64,000 nucleotides of DNA from Candidatus Eiseniibacteriota bacterium (GCA_036507005.1 DASXQT010000075.1:37178-101177), one strand, 5' to 3'. Numbered from the stretch's first letter, positions 52,437 through 63,001 are shown. Notes: generated by a model not told the origin, from the sequence alone. Numbers and translations are program-made.

Positions 52437-52888
52437 TCGAAGGCGTCCGGATCAAGCGGCTCAAGGTCATTCCCGACGAGCGCGGCTACCTGATGGAGAT
52501 GATGCGCGACGACGACGAGTTCTTCCAGAAGTTCGGCCAGGTCTACCTCTCGGTGGTCTACCCGGGCGTGGTCAAGGGCTGGCACTACCACAGGAAGCAG
52601 ACCGACCACTTCGTCTTCGTGAAGGGCATGGCCAAGGTCGTGCTCTTCGACAACCGCGAGGGCAGCCGGACCAAGGGCGAGATCAACGAGTTCTTCATGG
52701 GCGAGGCCAACCCGATCCTGCTCGTGATCCCGCCGCTCGTCCTCCACGGCATGAAGGGCGTGGGGGTGGAGCCGGCGTACCTGGTCAACACGCCGACCGA
52801 GCACTACGTGTACGACCAGCCCGACGAGTTCCGCATCCCGCCCCACAGCCCCGAGATCCCCTACGACTGGAGCCGCAAGGATGGCTGA
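52433..52888 (+). CDS. RmlC-like cupin (dTDP-4-dehydrorhamnose 3,5-epimerase / sugar ketoisomerase family)
   Basis: GTGA overlap with the ugd stop. 151 aa. GWHYHRKQTDHFVFVKG cupin motif. Confidence 0.7.
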   Translation: MIEGVRIKRLKVIPDERGYLMEMMRDDDEFFQKFGQVYLSVVYPGVVKGWHYHRKQTDHFVFVKGMAKVVLFDNREGSRTKGEINEFFMGEANPILLVIPPLVLHGMKGVGVEPAYLVNTPTEHYVYDQPDEFRIPPHSPEIPYDWSRKDG

Positions 52889-53933
52889 CCGCGCCGCGCT
52901 CGACGGCAGCCGGGTGCTGGTGACGGGCGGGGCCGGGTTCATCGGCTCGAACTTCGTCCACTTCCTGCTGCAGCGCCATCCCTCGTGCCAGGTCGTGGTG
53001 CTGGACGCGCTCACCTACGCCGGGCGGCGCGAGAACCTCGCCGGCCTGCCGGAGCGGTCGGTCACGTTCGTCCACGGCGACATCCGCGAGCCGGAGGACG
53101 TGGCGCGCGCCATGGCGGGCTGCGACTACGTGCTCAACTTCGCGGCCGAGTCCCACGTGGACCGCTCGATCGAGGCGCCGGGCGAGTTCATCCGCACCGA
53201 CGTCTTCGGCGTGTTCGTGCTGTGCGAGGAGGCGCGCCGCCAGGGCGTGCGGCGCTTCCTCCAGGTCTCGACCGACGAGGTCTACGGCGAGGTGCTCGAG
53301 GGCCGCGCCACCGAGGACTGGCCGCTGGTGCCGAGGAGCCCCTACGCCGCGAGCAAGGCGGGCGGCGACCGCCTGGCGTACGCGTACTTCGCGACCTGGG
53401 GCCTGCCGGTCGTCGTCACGCGGTGCTCCAACAACTACGGGCCGCGCCAGTATCCCGAGAAGCTCGTCCCGCTGTTCGTCACGAACGCGATCGAAGGCGA
53501 GCCGCTGCCGGTCTACGGCACCGGGAAGAACCTGCGCGACTGGATCCACGTCGAGGACCACTGCGCGGCGCTGGCCGAGCTGCTCGCGCATCCCGGCATC
53601 GAGGGCGAGACCTTCAACATCGGCGCCGGGCGCGAGCTCGACGTGCTCGCGATCACCGACGCCATCCTGCGGCTGCTCGGCAAGCCCCGCACCCTGATCC
53701 GCCACGTCGAGGACCGCCCCGGCCACGACCGGCGCTACGCGCTCGACGTCGGAAAGCTCGAGCGCCTGACGGGCTGGAAACCCGCGATCGCGTTCGAGGA
53801 CGGCATCCGGCGCACGGTCGAGTGGTACCGCGCGAACGAATCGTGGTGGCGCCCGATCAAGCAGGGCGAGTTCCGCGAGTACTACGAGCGCATGTACGGG
53901 CGGCGCCGCGTGCTCAAGGAGGTGCGGGGATGA
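52881..53933 (+). CDS. rfbB: dTDP-glucose 4,6-dehydratase
   Basis: VLVTGGAGFIGSNFV, catalytic YAASK, CSNNYGPRQYPEKLVP. Confidence 0.9.
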   Translation: MADRAALDGSRVLVTGGAGFIGSNFVHFLLQRHPSCQVVVLDALTYAGRRENLAGLPERSVTFVHGDIREPEDVARAMAGCDYVLNFAAESHVDRSIEAPGEFIRTDVFGVFVLCEEARRQGVRRFLQVSTDEVYGEVLEGRATEDWPLVPRSPYAASKAGGDRLAYAYFATWGLPVVVTRCSNNYGPRQYPEKLVPLFVTNAIEGEPLPVYGTGKNLRDWIHVEDHCAALAELLAHPGIEGETFNIGAGRELDVLAITDAILRLLGKPRTLIRHVEDRPGHDRRYALDVGKLERLTGWKPAIAFEDGIRRTVEWYRANESWWRPIKQGEFREYYERMYGRRRVLKEVRG

Positions 53934-55570
53934 GGTGGCTCCGCGTGGCCGCTTGCGCCGTTCTGTCGCTCGTGCTGGCGACGTCGTCGCGGGCCCAGCA
54001 GACCTTCGCGCCCCAAGCGGAGGGCCAGCCCCAGGTGCAGATCGACACGGGCGATCAAAACGGCGCCTCGAGCGAGAGGACCGCCGCTGCGGGCACAGAG
54101 GAGACGTCGGGGCTCGCGTCGCTGGCTAGGAACCTCCTCCAGCTCCCGGGGGCAGTGGATCCCGACATCTACCGCCTGGGTCCAGGCGATCTGCTGCTCC
54201 TCCAGCTCTGGGGTCGCGTGTCGCGCAGCCTGCCGCTGGAGATCGGCCCGGAAGGTATGGTGCTGGTTCCGGGGGCGGGGCCGGTGCGGGTCGACGGTCT
54301 CACCCTGAGCCGCGCGCGCCAGATGCTTCTGGACCGGATGGCGACCCAGTTCAAGGGAGTCCACATGGATCTGCGCCTGGCGCGACCCAGGACGTTCATC
54401 GTCTACATGACCGGCCAGGTGCGCGCGCCCGGGCCCGTCGCCGCCACCGGCACGAGCCGCGTCGCGGACGTCCTCCGGCCCGACGTCCTGCTCGAGGACG
54501 CTTCCCGGCGCGCCATCGAGGTGCTCCACCGCGACGGCAGTCGGGAGCTCGCGGACCTGGACCTCTTTCATCGCATCGGGGACGCATCCGGCAACCTGTG
54601 GCTGCGCGACGGGGACGTGCTCAACGTGCCGGTGGCCACCGAGTTCGTGTTCGCCGAGGGCGCCGTGGCCCGGCCCGAGCGCATCGAGCTCGGCGCGCGG
54701 GACAGCCTCCTCAACCTGCTCCGCTTGGCGGGCGACCCGATCCCCGCGGCGGACGCGGCGCGGGTCCTGCTTGTGCATTTCCGGATGCCGTTCCAGCCCG
54801 AGTCCCTGTGGCTGACCCTCGACGACATCTACTCCCGGCGCAACAACCCGCGGCTCCACGACGGCGACCGGCTATACGTCTATTTCGTTCCGCAGTACCA
54901 TCTGCAGCACGAGGCGACCCTCCTCGGCGAGGTCGGCCGTCCCGGGGTCTACCCCATCGCGGAGGGCATGACGCGGCTCTCCCACTTGGTGCAGGCGGCG
55001 GGCGGGTTCCTGAACTCGGCGGACCTGTCGGCCATACGGGTTCACCGGCGGAACGTGGGGACGGGCGAGAAGGATCCGGAGCTGGACCGGCTGCTGAGGC
55101 TGTCGCGGAACGACCTGACCGCCACGGAGTACGTGGTGTTGCGCACCAGGCTCGCGGGCCTTCGCGAAGACTACCGGGTGGACTGGAGGCGGCTCACGGC
55201 CGGCAACGAGCTGGATCTCCTGATGCGGAACGGCGACCTGGTGCAGGTCGACCGGTTGGTTTCCTCGATCCGCGTCGACGGGGAAGTGAAGCGTCCGGGG
55301 GTTCTGAACTACATCAAGGGACAGCGCATCGACGACTACGTAAAGCAGGTGGGCGGGTACACCGGCCGCGCCTGGCGCGGGAAGGTGCGCGTGACGCGGG
55401 CGGTGACGGGCCAGACCATCCTCGCTCGCAACGTCCAGACCCTCAACCCCGGCGATTTCGTGTGGGTTCCCGAGAAGCCCGACGTCACGATCTGGCAGCA
55501 GACCCGGGACGTGCTGACCGGGCTCGCGGAGGTCGCCACCATCATCATCGCGATCCGGAGCGTGCGGTGA
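53930..55570 (+). CDS. wza: polysaccharide export protein (Wza-like, Poly_export plus SLBB domains)
   Basis: ATGA overlap with the rfbB stop. Signal peptide. YRLGPGDLLLLQLWGR (Poly_export) and repeated SLBB-like segments. Confidence 0.8.
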   Translation: MRWLRVAACAVLSLVLATSSRAQQTFAPQAEGQPQVQIDTGDQNGASSERTAAAGTEETSGLASLARNLLQLPGAVDPDIYRLGPGDLLLLQLWGRVSRSLPLEIGPEGMVLVPGAGPVRVDGLTLSRARQMLLDRMATQFKGVHMDLRLARPRTFIVYMTGQVRAPGPVAATGTSRVADVLRPDVLLEDASRRAIEVLHRDGSRELADLDLFHRIGDASGNLWLRDGDVLNVPVATEFVFAEGAVARPERIELGARDSLLNLLRLAGDPIPAADAARVLLVHFRMPFQPESLWLTLDDIYSRRNNPRLHDGDRLYVYFVPQYHLQHEATLLGEVGRPGVYPIAEGMTRLSHLVQAAGGFLNSADLSAIRVHRRNVGTGEKDPELDRLLRLSRNDLTATEYVVLRTRLAGLREDYRVDWRRLTAGNELDLLMRNGDLVQVDRLVSSIRVDGEVKRPGVLNYIKGQRIDDYVKQVGGYTGRAWRGKVRVTRAVTGQTILARNVQTLNPGDFVWVPEKPDVTIWQQTRDVLTGLAEVATIIIAIRSVR

Positions 55571-56673
55571 GTGGCCTTTCCATCGAGCGCTCGTCGGTCC
55601 CGGACATCGGGCCGTCCGGGCTCGACCTGCGCCGGCTGTTCTCCGAAGCCGTCCGCGAGTCGAGGCGGATCGCGGTGGTGACCCTGACGGCGACGCTGGT
55701 CACCCTCGGGATCGCGTTCCTGCTGCCCCGGTGGTACCGCGCGACCGCCGTGATCCTGCCGCCCGAGCAGACGGATCTGTTCTCCAACGTGAGCATGGCG
55801 CAGCGGGCGCTCTCGAAGTTCCCGGCCTTCGGTGTGCTGCCCGATTTCTTCACCCCGGCGGACATCTTCAAGGCCATCCTCGAGAGCCGCACGACGCAGG
55901 AGGAGGTGATCCGCACCCTCGACCTGCAGCGCGTGTACCGACAGAAGAGCGCGGAGAAGACGATCCGGGAGCTCAAGAACCACTACAAGGTGACTCTGCG
56001 GAACAACGGCACGATCAGGATCGACGCCGAGGACCGCGATCCCAGGAGGGCCGCGGCGATGGCGAACACCTTCCTGGTGGCGCTCGACCGCTACAACATC
56101 GAGAACCGCAACACCCAGGCCCGGCGGACCCGTTTGTTCCTCGAGCGGCGGGTGGGCGAGACCGACTCGCTCCTGCGGGACAGCGAAGTGCGTCTGAAGG
56201 AATACCAGGAGGCACATCATGCGGTCGCCGCGACCTCGGTGGGAAGCGCCGATGTCTCCGCCTCGGCGAACGTGATGGCGCGGAAGCTCGTGCTTGAGGT
56301 GCGGCTCGGGCTGCTGCGCAGCTACCTGCTGGAGAACAACGAGCAGGTGATCCAAGCCCGCAACGAGCTGGACCAGCTCAACCAGCGGATCGCCTCGCTC
56401 CCGGCGCTACAGACCGACCTCCAGCGTCTGGTTCGCAACAACAAGGTTCAGGAGCAGCTCTACCTGCTGCTCACCGCCGAGCTGGAGCAGGCGCGGATCC
56501 GGGAGACCATGGACACGCCGACCGTCCAGATCCTCGACCCCGCCCGGCCTCCCGAGCGACACTCGCGTCCTCGCCGCATTCTCCTCGCTCTGGGCGCCGG
56601 CGCGCTGGCGTTCCTCGGCTCGATGGTGTGGATCGCGGTCCGGCAAGCCGGGGCCGTGGTCCCGGAGGGATGA
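55567..56673 (+). CDS. wzz: polysaccharide co-polymerase / chain-length determinant (Wzz-like, no kinase domain)
   Basis: GTGA overlap. N-terminal TM helix ([18 protein letters not shown]), long coiled-coil periplasmic region, C-terminal TM helix (ILLALGAGALAFLGSMVWIAV). Confidence 0.7.
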   Translation: MSGLSIERSSVPDIGPSGLDLRRLFSEAVRESRRIAVVTLTATLVTLGIAFLLPRWYRATAVILPPEQTDLFSNVSMAQRALSKFPAFGVLPDFFTPADIFKAILESRTTQEEVIRTLDLQRVYRQKSAEKTIRELKNHYKVTLRNNGTIRIDAEDRDPRRAAAMANTFLVALDRYNIENRNTQARRTRLFLERRVGETDSLLRDSEVRLKEYQEAHHAVAATSVGSADVSASANVMARKLVLEVRLGLLRSYLLENNEQVIQARNELDQLNQRIASLPALQTDLQRLVRNNKVQEQLYLLLTAELEQARIRETMDTPTVQILDPARPPERHSRPRRILLALGAGALAFLGSMVWIAVRQAGAVVPEG

Positions 56674-58280
56674 GCGGGCCGCCGGGTCACCCTGCCGGGA
56701 CCGCCTCGCGCGGTGACGGGACGCGGGGCATTCCGCAACTCGATCGGCTGATCGCGCGAAACACCGCGTTCACGCTGCTCGGCCGCTTCGCCTACGTGGC
56801 GGGATGGATCCTGATCGCGCCCTTCATGGTCGCCGGCCTGGGAGCCGAGCGCTTCGGCCTGTGGTCCCTGCTCACCGTCGTCTCCGGGGTCTACCTCACC
56901 TTCGATTTTGGACTCCAGAGCGCGCTCACCAAGTTCGTCGCCGAGTTCCACGCCACCGGGGATCGCGCCTCGCTGCGGGGCATCTTCACGCTCGGGATCC
57001 TGCTCTACGGCGGGCTGAGCCTGGCCTTCTTCCTCGCGATCGCGGCGTTGCGCGAGCCCCTGCTTGGTTTCTTCCGGGTCGCCCCCGGACTCCACGCGGA
57101 GGCCGCCTGGGCCCTGGTCGGCGCCGCCGCCGTCTACGGCGTAATGAACTTCTACATGCTCCTGTCCTCCGTGCTGAGCGGTCTCCAGCGCCTCGACCTC
57201 TGGAACCGAATCGCCATCGCCACGACGCTGCTGCAGATACTCGGCGTGGCGATCGTGATCTCCCTGGGCGGAGGACTGCGCTGGCTGGTGGTGAACACCG
57301 GGATCTCCATGGCCCTCGCGGCGCTGTGGTGCCGCTGGAGCGTGAGGCGCCTTGCCCCGGAGATCCGCTTCGAGCTGCCTGTGGCAGTGCCGGGCCTGAT
57401 GCGGCGGCTGACGCGCTACGGCGCGGCGCTGCAGATCATCAACCTGGGGGGCCTGGTTCAGTTCCAGCTCGACAAGGTGCTGTTCGGACGGTTCGTGTCG
57501 CTCACCGCTTCGGGCGACTACGAGCTGGGCTACCGTGTGGCATCGGCCTTGTGGTCGCTGCCGGCGCTGCTGCTGCCGGCGCTGCTGCCGGCCGTGGCGC
57601 ACCTGGATGCGTCGGCCGACCACGCCCGCATCACGCGGCTCTACCTGCGTGCGAGCCGCTACGTGATCGGGGTGGCCTTCCCGCTCGCGACCGGGATCAT
57701 CGTGCTGTCCCCGGTGCTGTTCACCGCCTGGCTCGGCCCCGGGCATCCGGATGCGGCGCGCGCCGCGATCGCCCTCGGCGCGTTGATGGGGGTGAACATC
57801 CTGACCGGTGTCGGGGGGAGCGTGGCCCGCGGCGTCGGGAGGCCGGGTCTCGAGGCCGAATACCACGTGCTCGCGATCCTCCTGCACTTCGCGCTCAGCC
57901 TCTCGCTGATCCCTCGTCTCGGCTTCACGGGCGGGCTGTGGGCGCTCTTCCTGTCCGGAGCGGTGGGCTCGATCTACTTCCTGGTGCGCTTCCACCTGAG
58001 TCAGAGGATTCCCCTCGGGCGCTACGTGCTCGAGGTGCTGGCGCGGCCGGCCGCCGCCGCCGCGCTTGGCGGGCTCGCGGGACACTCGGTCTCCCTTTGG
58101 GCCGTGTGGAGTCTCGTGCCCGAGGGGCGAGCGCAGGGGATCGCCCGTCTAGTCGCGGGAGGCGTCGCGTTGATCGGGGTCGCGGCGGCCGTGCTGATGG
58201 CCAGCCGCTACGTGTCGCTGTCCGAGGTGCGGGCGATCGTGGGTCCGGCCGGCGGGCGCCCGCGGGAAGCCGCGGGATGA
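56670..58280 (+). CDS. second MOP-superfamily flippase (Wzx-like)
   Basis: ATGA overlap with the wzz stop (alternative start 56628). Roughly 14 TM helices. A paralogue of the gene at 48193. Confidence 0.7.
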   Translation: MSGPPGHPAGTASRGDGTRGIPQLDRLIARNTAFTLLGRFAYVAGWILIAPFMVAGLGAERFGLWSLLTVVSGVYLTFDFGLQSALTKFVAEFHATGDRASLRGIFTLGILLYGGLSLAFFLAIAALREPLLGFFRVAPGLHAEAAWALVGAAAVYGVMNFYMLLSSVLSGLQRLDLWNRIAIATTLLQILGVAIVISLGGGLRWLVVNTGISMALAALWCRWSVRRLAPEIRFELPVAVPGLMRRLTRYGAALQIINLGGLVQFQLDKVLFGRFVSLTASGDYELGYRVASALWSLPALLLPALLPAVAHLDASADHARITRLYLRASRYVIGVAFPLATGIIVLSPVLFTAWLGPGHPDAARAAIALGALMGVNILTGVGGSVARGVGRPGLEAEYHVLAILLHFALSLSLIPRLGFTGGLWALFLSGAVGSIYFLVRFHLSQRIPLGRYVLEVLARPAAAAALGGLAGHSVSLWAVWSLVPEGRAQGIARLVAGGVALIGVAAAVLMASRYVSLSEVRAIVGPAGGRPREAAG

Positions 58281-58284
58281 TGGC

Positions 58285-59463
58285 ATGGGCCGACCCGTCG
58301 TGATGGTGGACGCGCTCGCCGGCCTGTTCCCCGGCGGGGGGATCGGCCGATACGTGCGCGACCTCGCCGACGCGCTGACCGACATGCCCGATGCGCCGCC
58401 GGTCTGCTTCGTCTATCCGCGGAACCTGCGGGTCCGTGCCCGGGCGCGGTTCCGACCCGAGCATCTTCACGAGCTCCCCTGGTCCTGGCTCCAGCTCCGT
58501 CTCGTCCTCGTCGCCGGCCGCGCCGTGGGCGCCCGATACGACTGGGCCTACGGCGAGCCCGCCGTGATGCACTCTCCGCTCGGCTACGGCCCGAGCTTCC
58601 GGCGGACCCGTCTCATCAACCACGTTCACGACCTGACGACCCTCGAGCATCCCGAATGGCACCCGCGCAGGACGAGCTGGTTCTACCGCGTCATGCTGCC
58701 CGCGGCGGTGCGGGACGCGGACGTCGTCCTCACCCACTCCCGGTACATGGGGAGGCGGGTGGTCGAGGCGCTGGGAGGCGATCCGGCCCGCACGGTCACC
58801 ATCCCGCCGCCGCTCAGCCGGGGCTTCGAGCCCGTCCCGGCGGAGGAGGCGCGGACTCACGTGCGGCGGCGCTTCGGCATCGGGGGAGACTTCATCCTGC
58901 ACGTCGGCACGATCGAGCCCCGCAAGAACCACGTGAGGCTCATGGGCGCCTTCGAGCGCCTGCGGCGCGCAGGCTTCCCCGGACCGCTGGTGCTGGTGGG
59001 ACAGGACGGCTGGCTCGTGCGCCCGATCCTGCGCCGATTGGAGACATCGCCCGAGTCGGCGGCGGTGCAACGAATCCGCGACGCGGATGACCGCGATCTG
59101 GTGGCGCTCTACGGAGCATGCACCCTGTGCGCCTTTCCCTCACTGGAAGAAGGCTTCGGTATGCCGCTGCTCGAATCGATGGCCTGCGGTGCCGCGTGCG
59201 TGACCAGCCAGCACGAAGCCCTCACCGAGCTCGGTGCCGGGTGCTCGCTGGCGGTTCCGGCCACCGACGAGGCGGCCCTGGCAGACGCCCTTCTCCGGCT
59301 CTGGCGCGATCCCGATCTGCGGCGCGAGGTCGCCCGGGCCGGGCCCGCGCGCGCCGCGGCCTACCGCTTCGAGCGCTGGGCGGAGCGGATCTTCGCGCTC
59401 TATCGCGGCCAGCTCGTGGCCGCCGGCGTGCAGGGAGACGCGATCCCGGGTGAAGCTCGATGA
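58285..59463 (+). CDS. GT4 family glycosyltransferase
   Basis: 392 aa. ILHVGTIEPRKNHVRLMGAFERL ... AFPSLEEGFGMPLLESMACGAACV. Confidence 0.8.
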   Translation: MGRPVVMVDALAGLFPGGGIGRYVRDLADALTDMPDAPPVCFVYPRNLRVRARARFRPEHLHELPWSWLQLRLVLVAGRAVGARYDWAYGEPAVMHSPLGYGPSFRRTRLINHVHDLTTLEHPEWHPRRTSWFYRVMLPAAVRDADVVLTHSRYMGRRVVEALGGDPARTVTIPPPLSRGFEPVPAEEARTHVRRRFGIGGDFILHVGTIEPRKNHVRLMGAFERLRRAGFPGPLVLVGQDGWLVRPILRRLETSPESAAVQRIRDADDRDLVALYGACTLCAFPSLEEGFGMPLLESMACGAACVTSQHEALTELGAGCSLAVPATDEAALADALLRLWRDPDLRREVARAGPARAAAYRFERWAERIFALYRGQLVAAGVQGDAIPGEAR

Positions 59464-60623
59464 CCCCGCCGCCCGCGTCCTCCGCCGGGCCCGGGCTGCT
59501 TCTGGACGTCTTCCCCGGCCTCTTCCCGGGCGGCGGAATCGGTCGCTATGTGCGGGACCTCGCTGACCTGCTGCTCACGCGGGCGGACGCGCCCCCGGCG
59601 CGCTTCGTCTATCCCCGCTTCGTCGATGGGATCCAGGTGCCCTACCCGGCGGAGCGCTTGAGGCCGCTTCCGCTCGGGTGGCGTCGCATGCGCGTGCTTC
59701 TGGTGGCGAGCGCGCTCTGTGGCCTGCGGCCCGATCGCCTCTACGGGTGCCCGGCCCTGGTGCACTCGCCCATGGGATATGGCCCCTTGTTCTCGAAGGC
59801 CAAGCTCCTGATCACCATTCACGACCTCAACGCGATCCACCACCCCGAATGGCATCCGCTCCGCACCCGGTTCCTCGTGCAGGCGACGATGCCCTCCGCG
59901 GCGCGGCACGCCGACCTCGTCGTGTGCGACTCCGAGTTCGTGCGCGGCCAGGTGATGGAGGCCTTCGGCGTGGACCCGGCACGCATCACCACGGTCCCGC
60001 TCGCCGTCGGGCCAGCGTTCCGGCGACTGCCCCCGGGGGCGGCGCGGGACCACATGGCGCGGCGCTTCGGCATCGAAGGCGAGTTCTTCCTCCACGTGGG
60101 CACGCTCGAGCCCCGCAAGAATCACGTTGGTCTCGTTGCCGCATTCGAGCGCGTGCGGCGGGCCGGGTTCCCCGGGCCGCTGGTGCTGGTCGGCCACGAC
60201 GGGTGGCTCATGAACCCGATCGCGGCGCGGATCGAGTCCTCACCGGACTCCGGCGCGATCGTTCGGATCCGCGACGCCGACGAGGATGATCTGGTCGCCC
60301 TCTACTCCGCCTGCACCGCGTTCGCGTTCCCTTCGCTCGATGAGGGCTTCGGCCTCCCGCCGCTCGAGGCGATGGCGTGCGGCGCCCCCTGCATCTCGAG
60401 CAACCGTTCCTCCCTTCCGGAGGTGGTGGGGGATGCGGCCGTGTCCCTCGATCCCGGCGACGTGGAGGCGTGGGCCGAGACCCTGCGCGGGCTGTGGCGG
60501 GACGCCGATCGCCGCGCCACCATGGCCGCCGCGTCGGTCGCGCGCGCCCAACGATTCACGCGCGACCGCTGGATCGCACGGATGCTCGAGATCTACCGGG
60601 TGCTGCTCGCCGGGGCGTCCTGA
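59460..60623 (+). CDS. GT4 family glycosyltransferase (tandem paralogue)
   Basis: ATGA overlap. FLHVGTLEPRKNHVGLVAAFERV ... AFPSLDEGFGLPPLEAMACGAPCI. Confidence 0.8.
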   Translation: MTPPPASSAGPGLLLDVFPGLFPGGGIGRYVRDLADLLLTRADAPPARFVYPRFVDGIQVPYPAERLRPLPLGWRRMRVLLVASALCGLRPDRLYGCPALVHSPMGYGPLFSKAKLLITIHDLNAIHHPEWHPLRTRFLVQATMPSAARHADLVVCDSEFVRGQVMEAFGVDPARITTVPLAVGPAFRRLPPGAARDHMARRFGIEGEFFLHVGTLEPRKNHVGLVAAFERVRRAGFPGPLVLVGHDGWLMNPIAARIESSPDSGAIVRIRDADEDDLVALYSACTAFAFPSLDEGFGLPPLEAMACGAPCISSNRSSLPEVVGDAAVSLDPGDVEAWAETLRGLWRDADRRATMAAASVARAQRFTRDRWIARMLEIYRVLLAGAS

Positions 60624-61981
60624 GCCGGAGCCCGGGACCGCGCGCCTCGGGACATCGAGTAGTAGCCGAGGTATCCGCCCATGATCCAGAAGAACACGAA
60701 CTGGTACTGCTCACCCTGGAAGGTTGGCTCGACCAGGGTGTGCAGTTGACCGAGACAGAAGCTCACCATCAGGGCCCGTCCAACGCCCTGCCAATCCGGG
60801 TCGGACGCCAGCGCTGAGAGCCGGCGCCAGAGAAGGACGAGCACGCTGAGCCAGCCCGCCACCCCGAGCAGGCCGAGCTCGGAGGAAAGGGCGAGCCAGT
60901 AGTTGTGCGGATCCCGGTCGAAGAGGCGGTCCGGATACGTCCAGCCCTGATTCAGGCCCATTCCCCAGGGAAAGTGATCGACGGTGCGCTGCCATGCCAC
61001 CCGGAAGTACCAGATCCTCACTGCGATGCTGGCCAGCTCACGGGAACTGGTGAAGCGCGACAGGAAGCTCTGACCCAGGGGGCTGATCACGAATCCGAAC
61101 AGCGCGGCCGTGATCAGGAGCGCCCCGATCAGCTTGCGCGAGCGGTTGGCGAACGCCTGCACCGCGGTTCCGAAAACAAAGAGGAGAGCCGCGGCGCGTG
61201 AAGCGATGAGTCCCTGCATGAGCGCGATGAGCACGAGCGCGAGCCACGACGGCAGCCGCAGCCAACGCTGGCGCGAGTGCATCGCGGCTTCGAGCAGCAG
61301 GGGAGAAAGCAGCAGCAGCAGAGTGGCGATGTAGTTGGCCGTGCCCCAACCGAGATCCGTTGCAGCGGCCCGGTGAAAGGCGGTCTGCTCCACGTTCCAG
61401 CCGGTCGACAGCCACTTGCCGAGGGCCGCCAGCGACAAGGCCAGGGCCCCGAGGAGCAGGCCCACCTCGAACGTCGATCTCGGAACCACGCGCGCCAGGC
61501 GGTTCGCGACCCAGAAGGCGGCGAAGCCCTCCAGCAGCCGGCGGACTCCATGCACGTACCACGCGAAGTCGAAGCACCAGAACCCGGTGAACACCGCCCA
61601 GGCGATGAACCCCAGGTTGGCCGCCTCGATCCACTCCAGGCGGACCATCCACGCTGCACGCCGACGGATTCCCTGAAGACCGAGGATCAGCGCGAGCGCC
61701 GCGAAGGAGAACTCGAAGGGGAAGAAGATCGAGACCACCGTCCCGAGCGGGAGCAGGGCCGGGGTCACGACCACCAACACCTCCGGCGCGGCGTACAGCA
61801 GGGCAGCCAGCACCGCGGTCGCGAGCACGGCGCTGATCGCCAGGCCCGGGATCGAGAGGACCCCGACGCCGAAGATGGCGTAGACCAGCGAGACCACGGC
61901 GATCACGACCGCCGCGTCGGGCACATGGCGCTCGAGGACCGCGGGGACGCGCGCTAGCGCGATGGGCGCCCGGCTGCTCAC
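60593..61981 (-). CDS. O-antigen ligase/polymerase-like membrane protein (Wzy/WaaL family)
   Basis: 462 aa, minus strand, about 11 TM helices with a large periplasmic loop. The only antisense gene in the cluster; its 3' end overlaps the GT4 stop by about 30 nt. Confidence 0.7.
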   Translation of the reverse strand: MSSRAPIALARVPAVLERHVPDAAVVIAVVSLVYAIFGVGVLSIPGLAISAVLATAVLAALLYAAPEVLVVVTPALLPLGTVVSIFFPFEFSFAALALILGLQGIRRRAAWMVRLEWIEAANLGFIAWAVFTGFWCFDFAWYVHGVRRLLEGFAAFWVANRLARVVPRSTFEVGLLLGALALSLAALGKWLSTGWNVEQTAFHRAAATDLGWGTANYIATLLLLLSPLLLEAAMHSRQRWLRLPSWLALVLIALMQGLIASRAAALLFVFGTAVQAFANRSRKLIGALLITAALFGFVISPLGQSFLSRFTSSRELASIAVRIWYFRVAWQRTVDHFPWGMGLNQGWTYPDRLFDRDPHNYWLALSSELGLLGVAGWLSVLVLLWRRLSALASDPDWQGVGRALMVSFCLGQLHTLVEPTFQGEQYQFVFFWIMGGYLGYYSMSRGARSRAPAQDAPASSTR

Positions 61982-62067
61982 TGCGTGGGCCGGGAGACGG
62001 GCAGCGGGAGGCGAATCACGCGGAAAGGTTAGCGCGCGTTCCCCGGGCTCGCAATCCCACCGGGCGC

Positions 62068-62991
62068 TTGGTGCGTTTGGACAGCCGTCCTCCCGGTGCC
62101 TATCATGCCCGCACGCATGTCGCTGCCTCGTGTCACCGCCTGCGAGAGGCCCTCAACCCCGATTTCGGAGGAAAATTGAAGCCTCAGACCGTCTCCGAGG
62201 CGCAGGAGCGGGAGCGTCAATTCTGGCGAACGACGCGGGACGAGGGGCCCCAGTCCAACACGGTCGACCTCCTGGCCCACAAGCTGAGCGAAGCACGCTC
62301 ATTCCTCGAATGCATGAGGCTGTTTCGCGACGTCTTCGAGCGCGCCCGGGACATCCTGGAGCTCGGCGGCGGGGAGGGCTGGGCCGCGTGCATCCTCAAG
62401 CGCGAGCTCCCAGGGTCTCGCAGGATCGTCAGCTCCGACATCAGCGCTGAGGCGGTCGCGGCACTGCCCCGATGGGAGCGAATCTTCGAGGTGTCTCTCG
62501 ACCGGGCCTTCCCATGCCTGAGTTACGAGATCCCCCTCGACAACGAGACCCTGGATCTTGTCTTCACCTTTCAGGCGGCGCACCACTTTCTGGCACACCG
62601 CAGGACCTTCGCCGAGATCTGGAGAGTGCTCCGCCCCGGGGGCACGTGCCTCTATCTCCACGAGCCCACGTGCCGCGCATTCTTCTATCCCCTCTACCGC
62701 GCCCGTGCGACCCGGGTCCGCGACTCGGCCCCCGAGGACGTCCTGGACTTCCCCAAGCTCATCCGCGTCGCCCGCCGACAGGGCTTCGAGGCCACCTATC
62801 GCTTCGACCTTTCCCTCACGAATCGCTCCCCGGTAGCGACTCTCTACTACATGGCTCAGCGAGCCGTGCCTTTGATCCGCCACGTCCTGCCTGGCACGAA
62901 GCACCTGCTCTTCCGGAAGCACGCGTCGGATCGCTCGGCGACGGTCGCGAAGCGGTGGTTCCCCGCCGCCGGAGGCGGCCCTCCGGCGTGA
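62068..62991 (+). CDS. class I SAM-dependent methyltransferase
   Basis: ILELGGGEGWAACIL (motif I) and LRPGGTCLY (post-I). TTG/GTG start at 62068/62071. Confidence 0.7.
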   Translation: MVRLDSRPPGAYHARTHVAASCHRLREALNPDFGGKLKPQTVSEAQERERQFWRTTRDEGPQSNTVDLLAHKLSEARSFLECMRLFRDVFERARDILELGGGEGWAACILKRELPGSRRIVSSDISAEAVAALPRWERIFEVSLDRAFPCLSYEIPLDNETLDLVFTFQAAHHFLAHRRTFAEIWRVLRPGGTCLYLHEPTCRAFFYPLYRARATRVRDSAPEDVLDFPKLIRVARRQGFEATYRFDLSLTNRSPVATLYYMAQRAVPLIRHVLPGTKHLLFRKHASDRSATVAKRWFPAAGGGPPA

Positions 62992-63001
62992 TCGCACCCG
63001 C

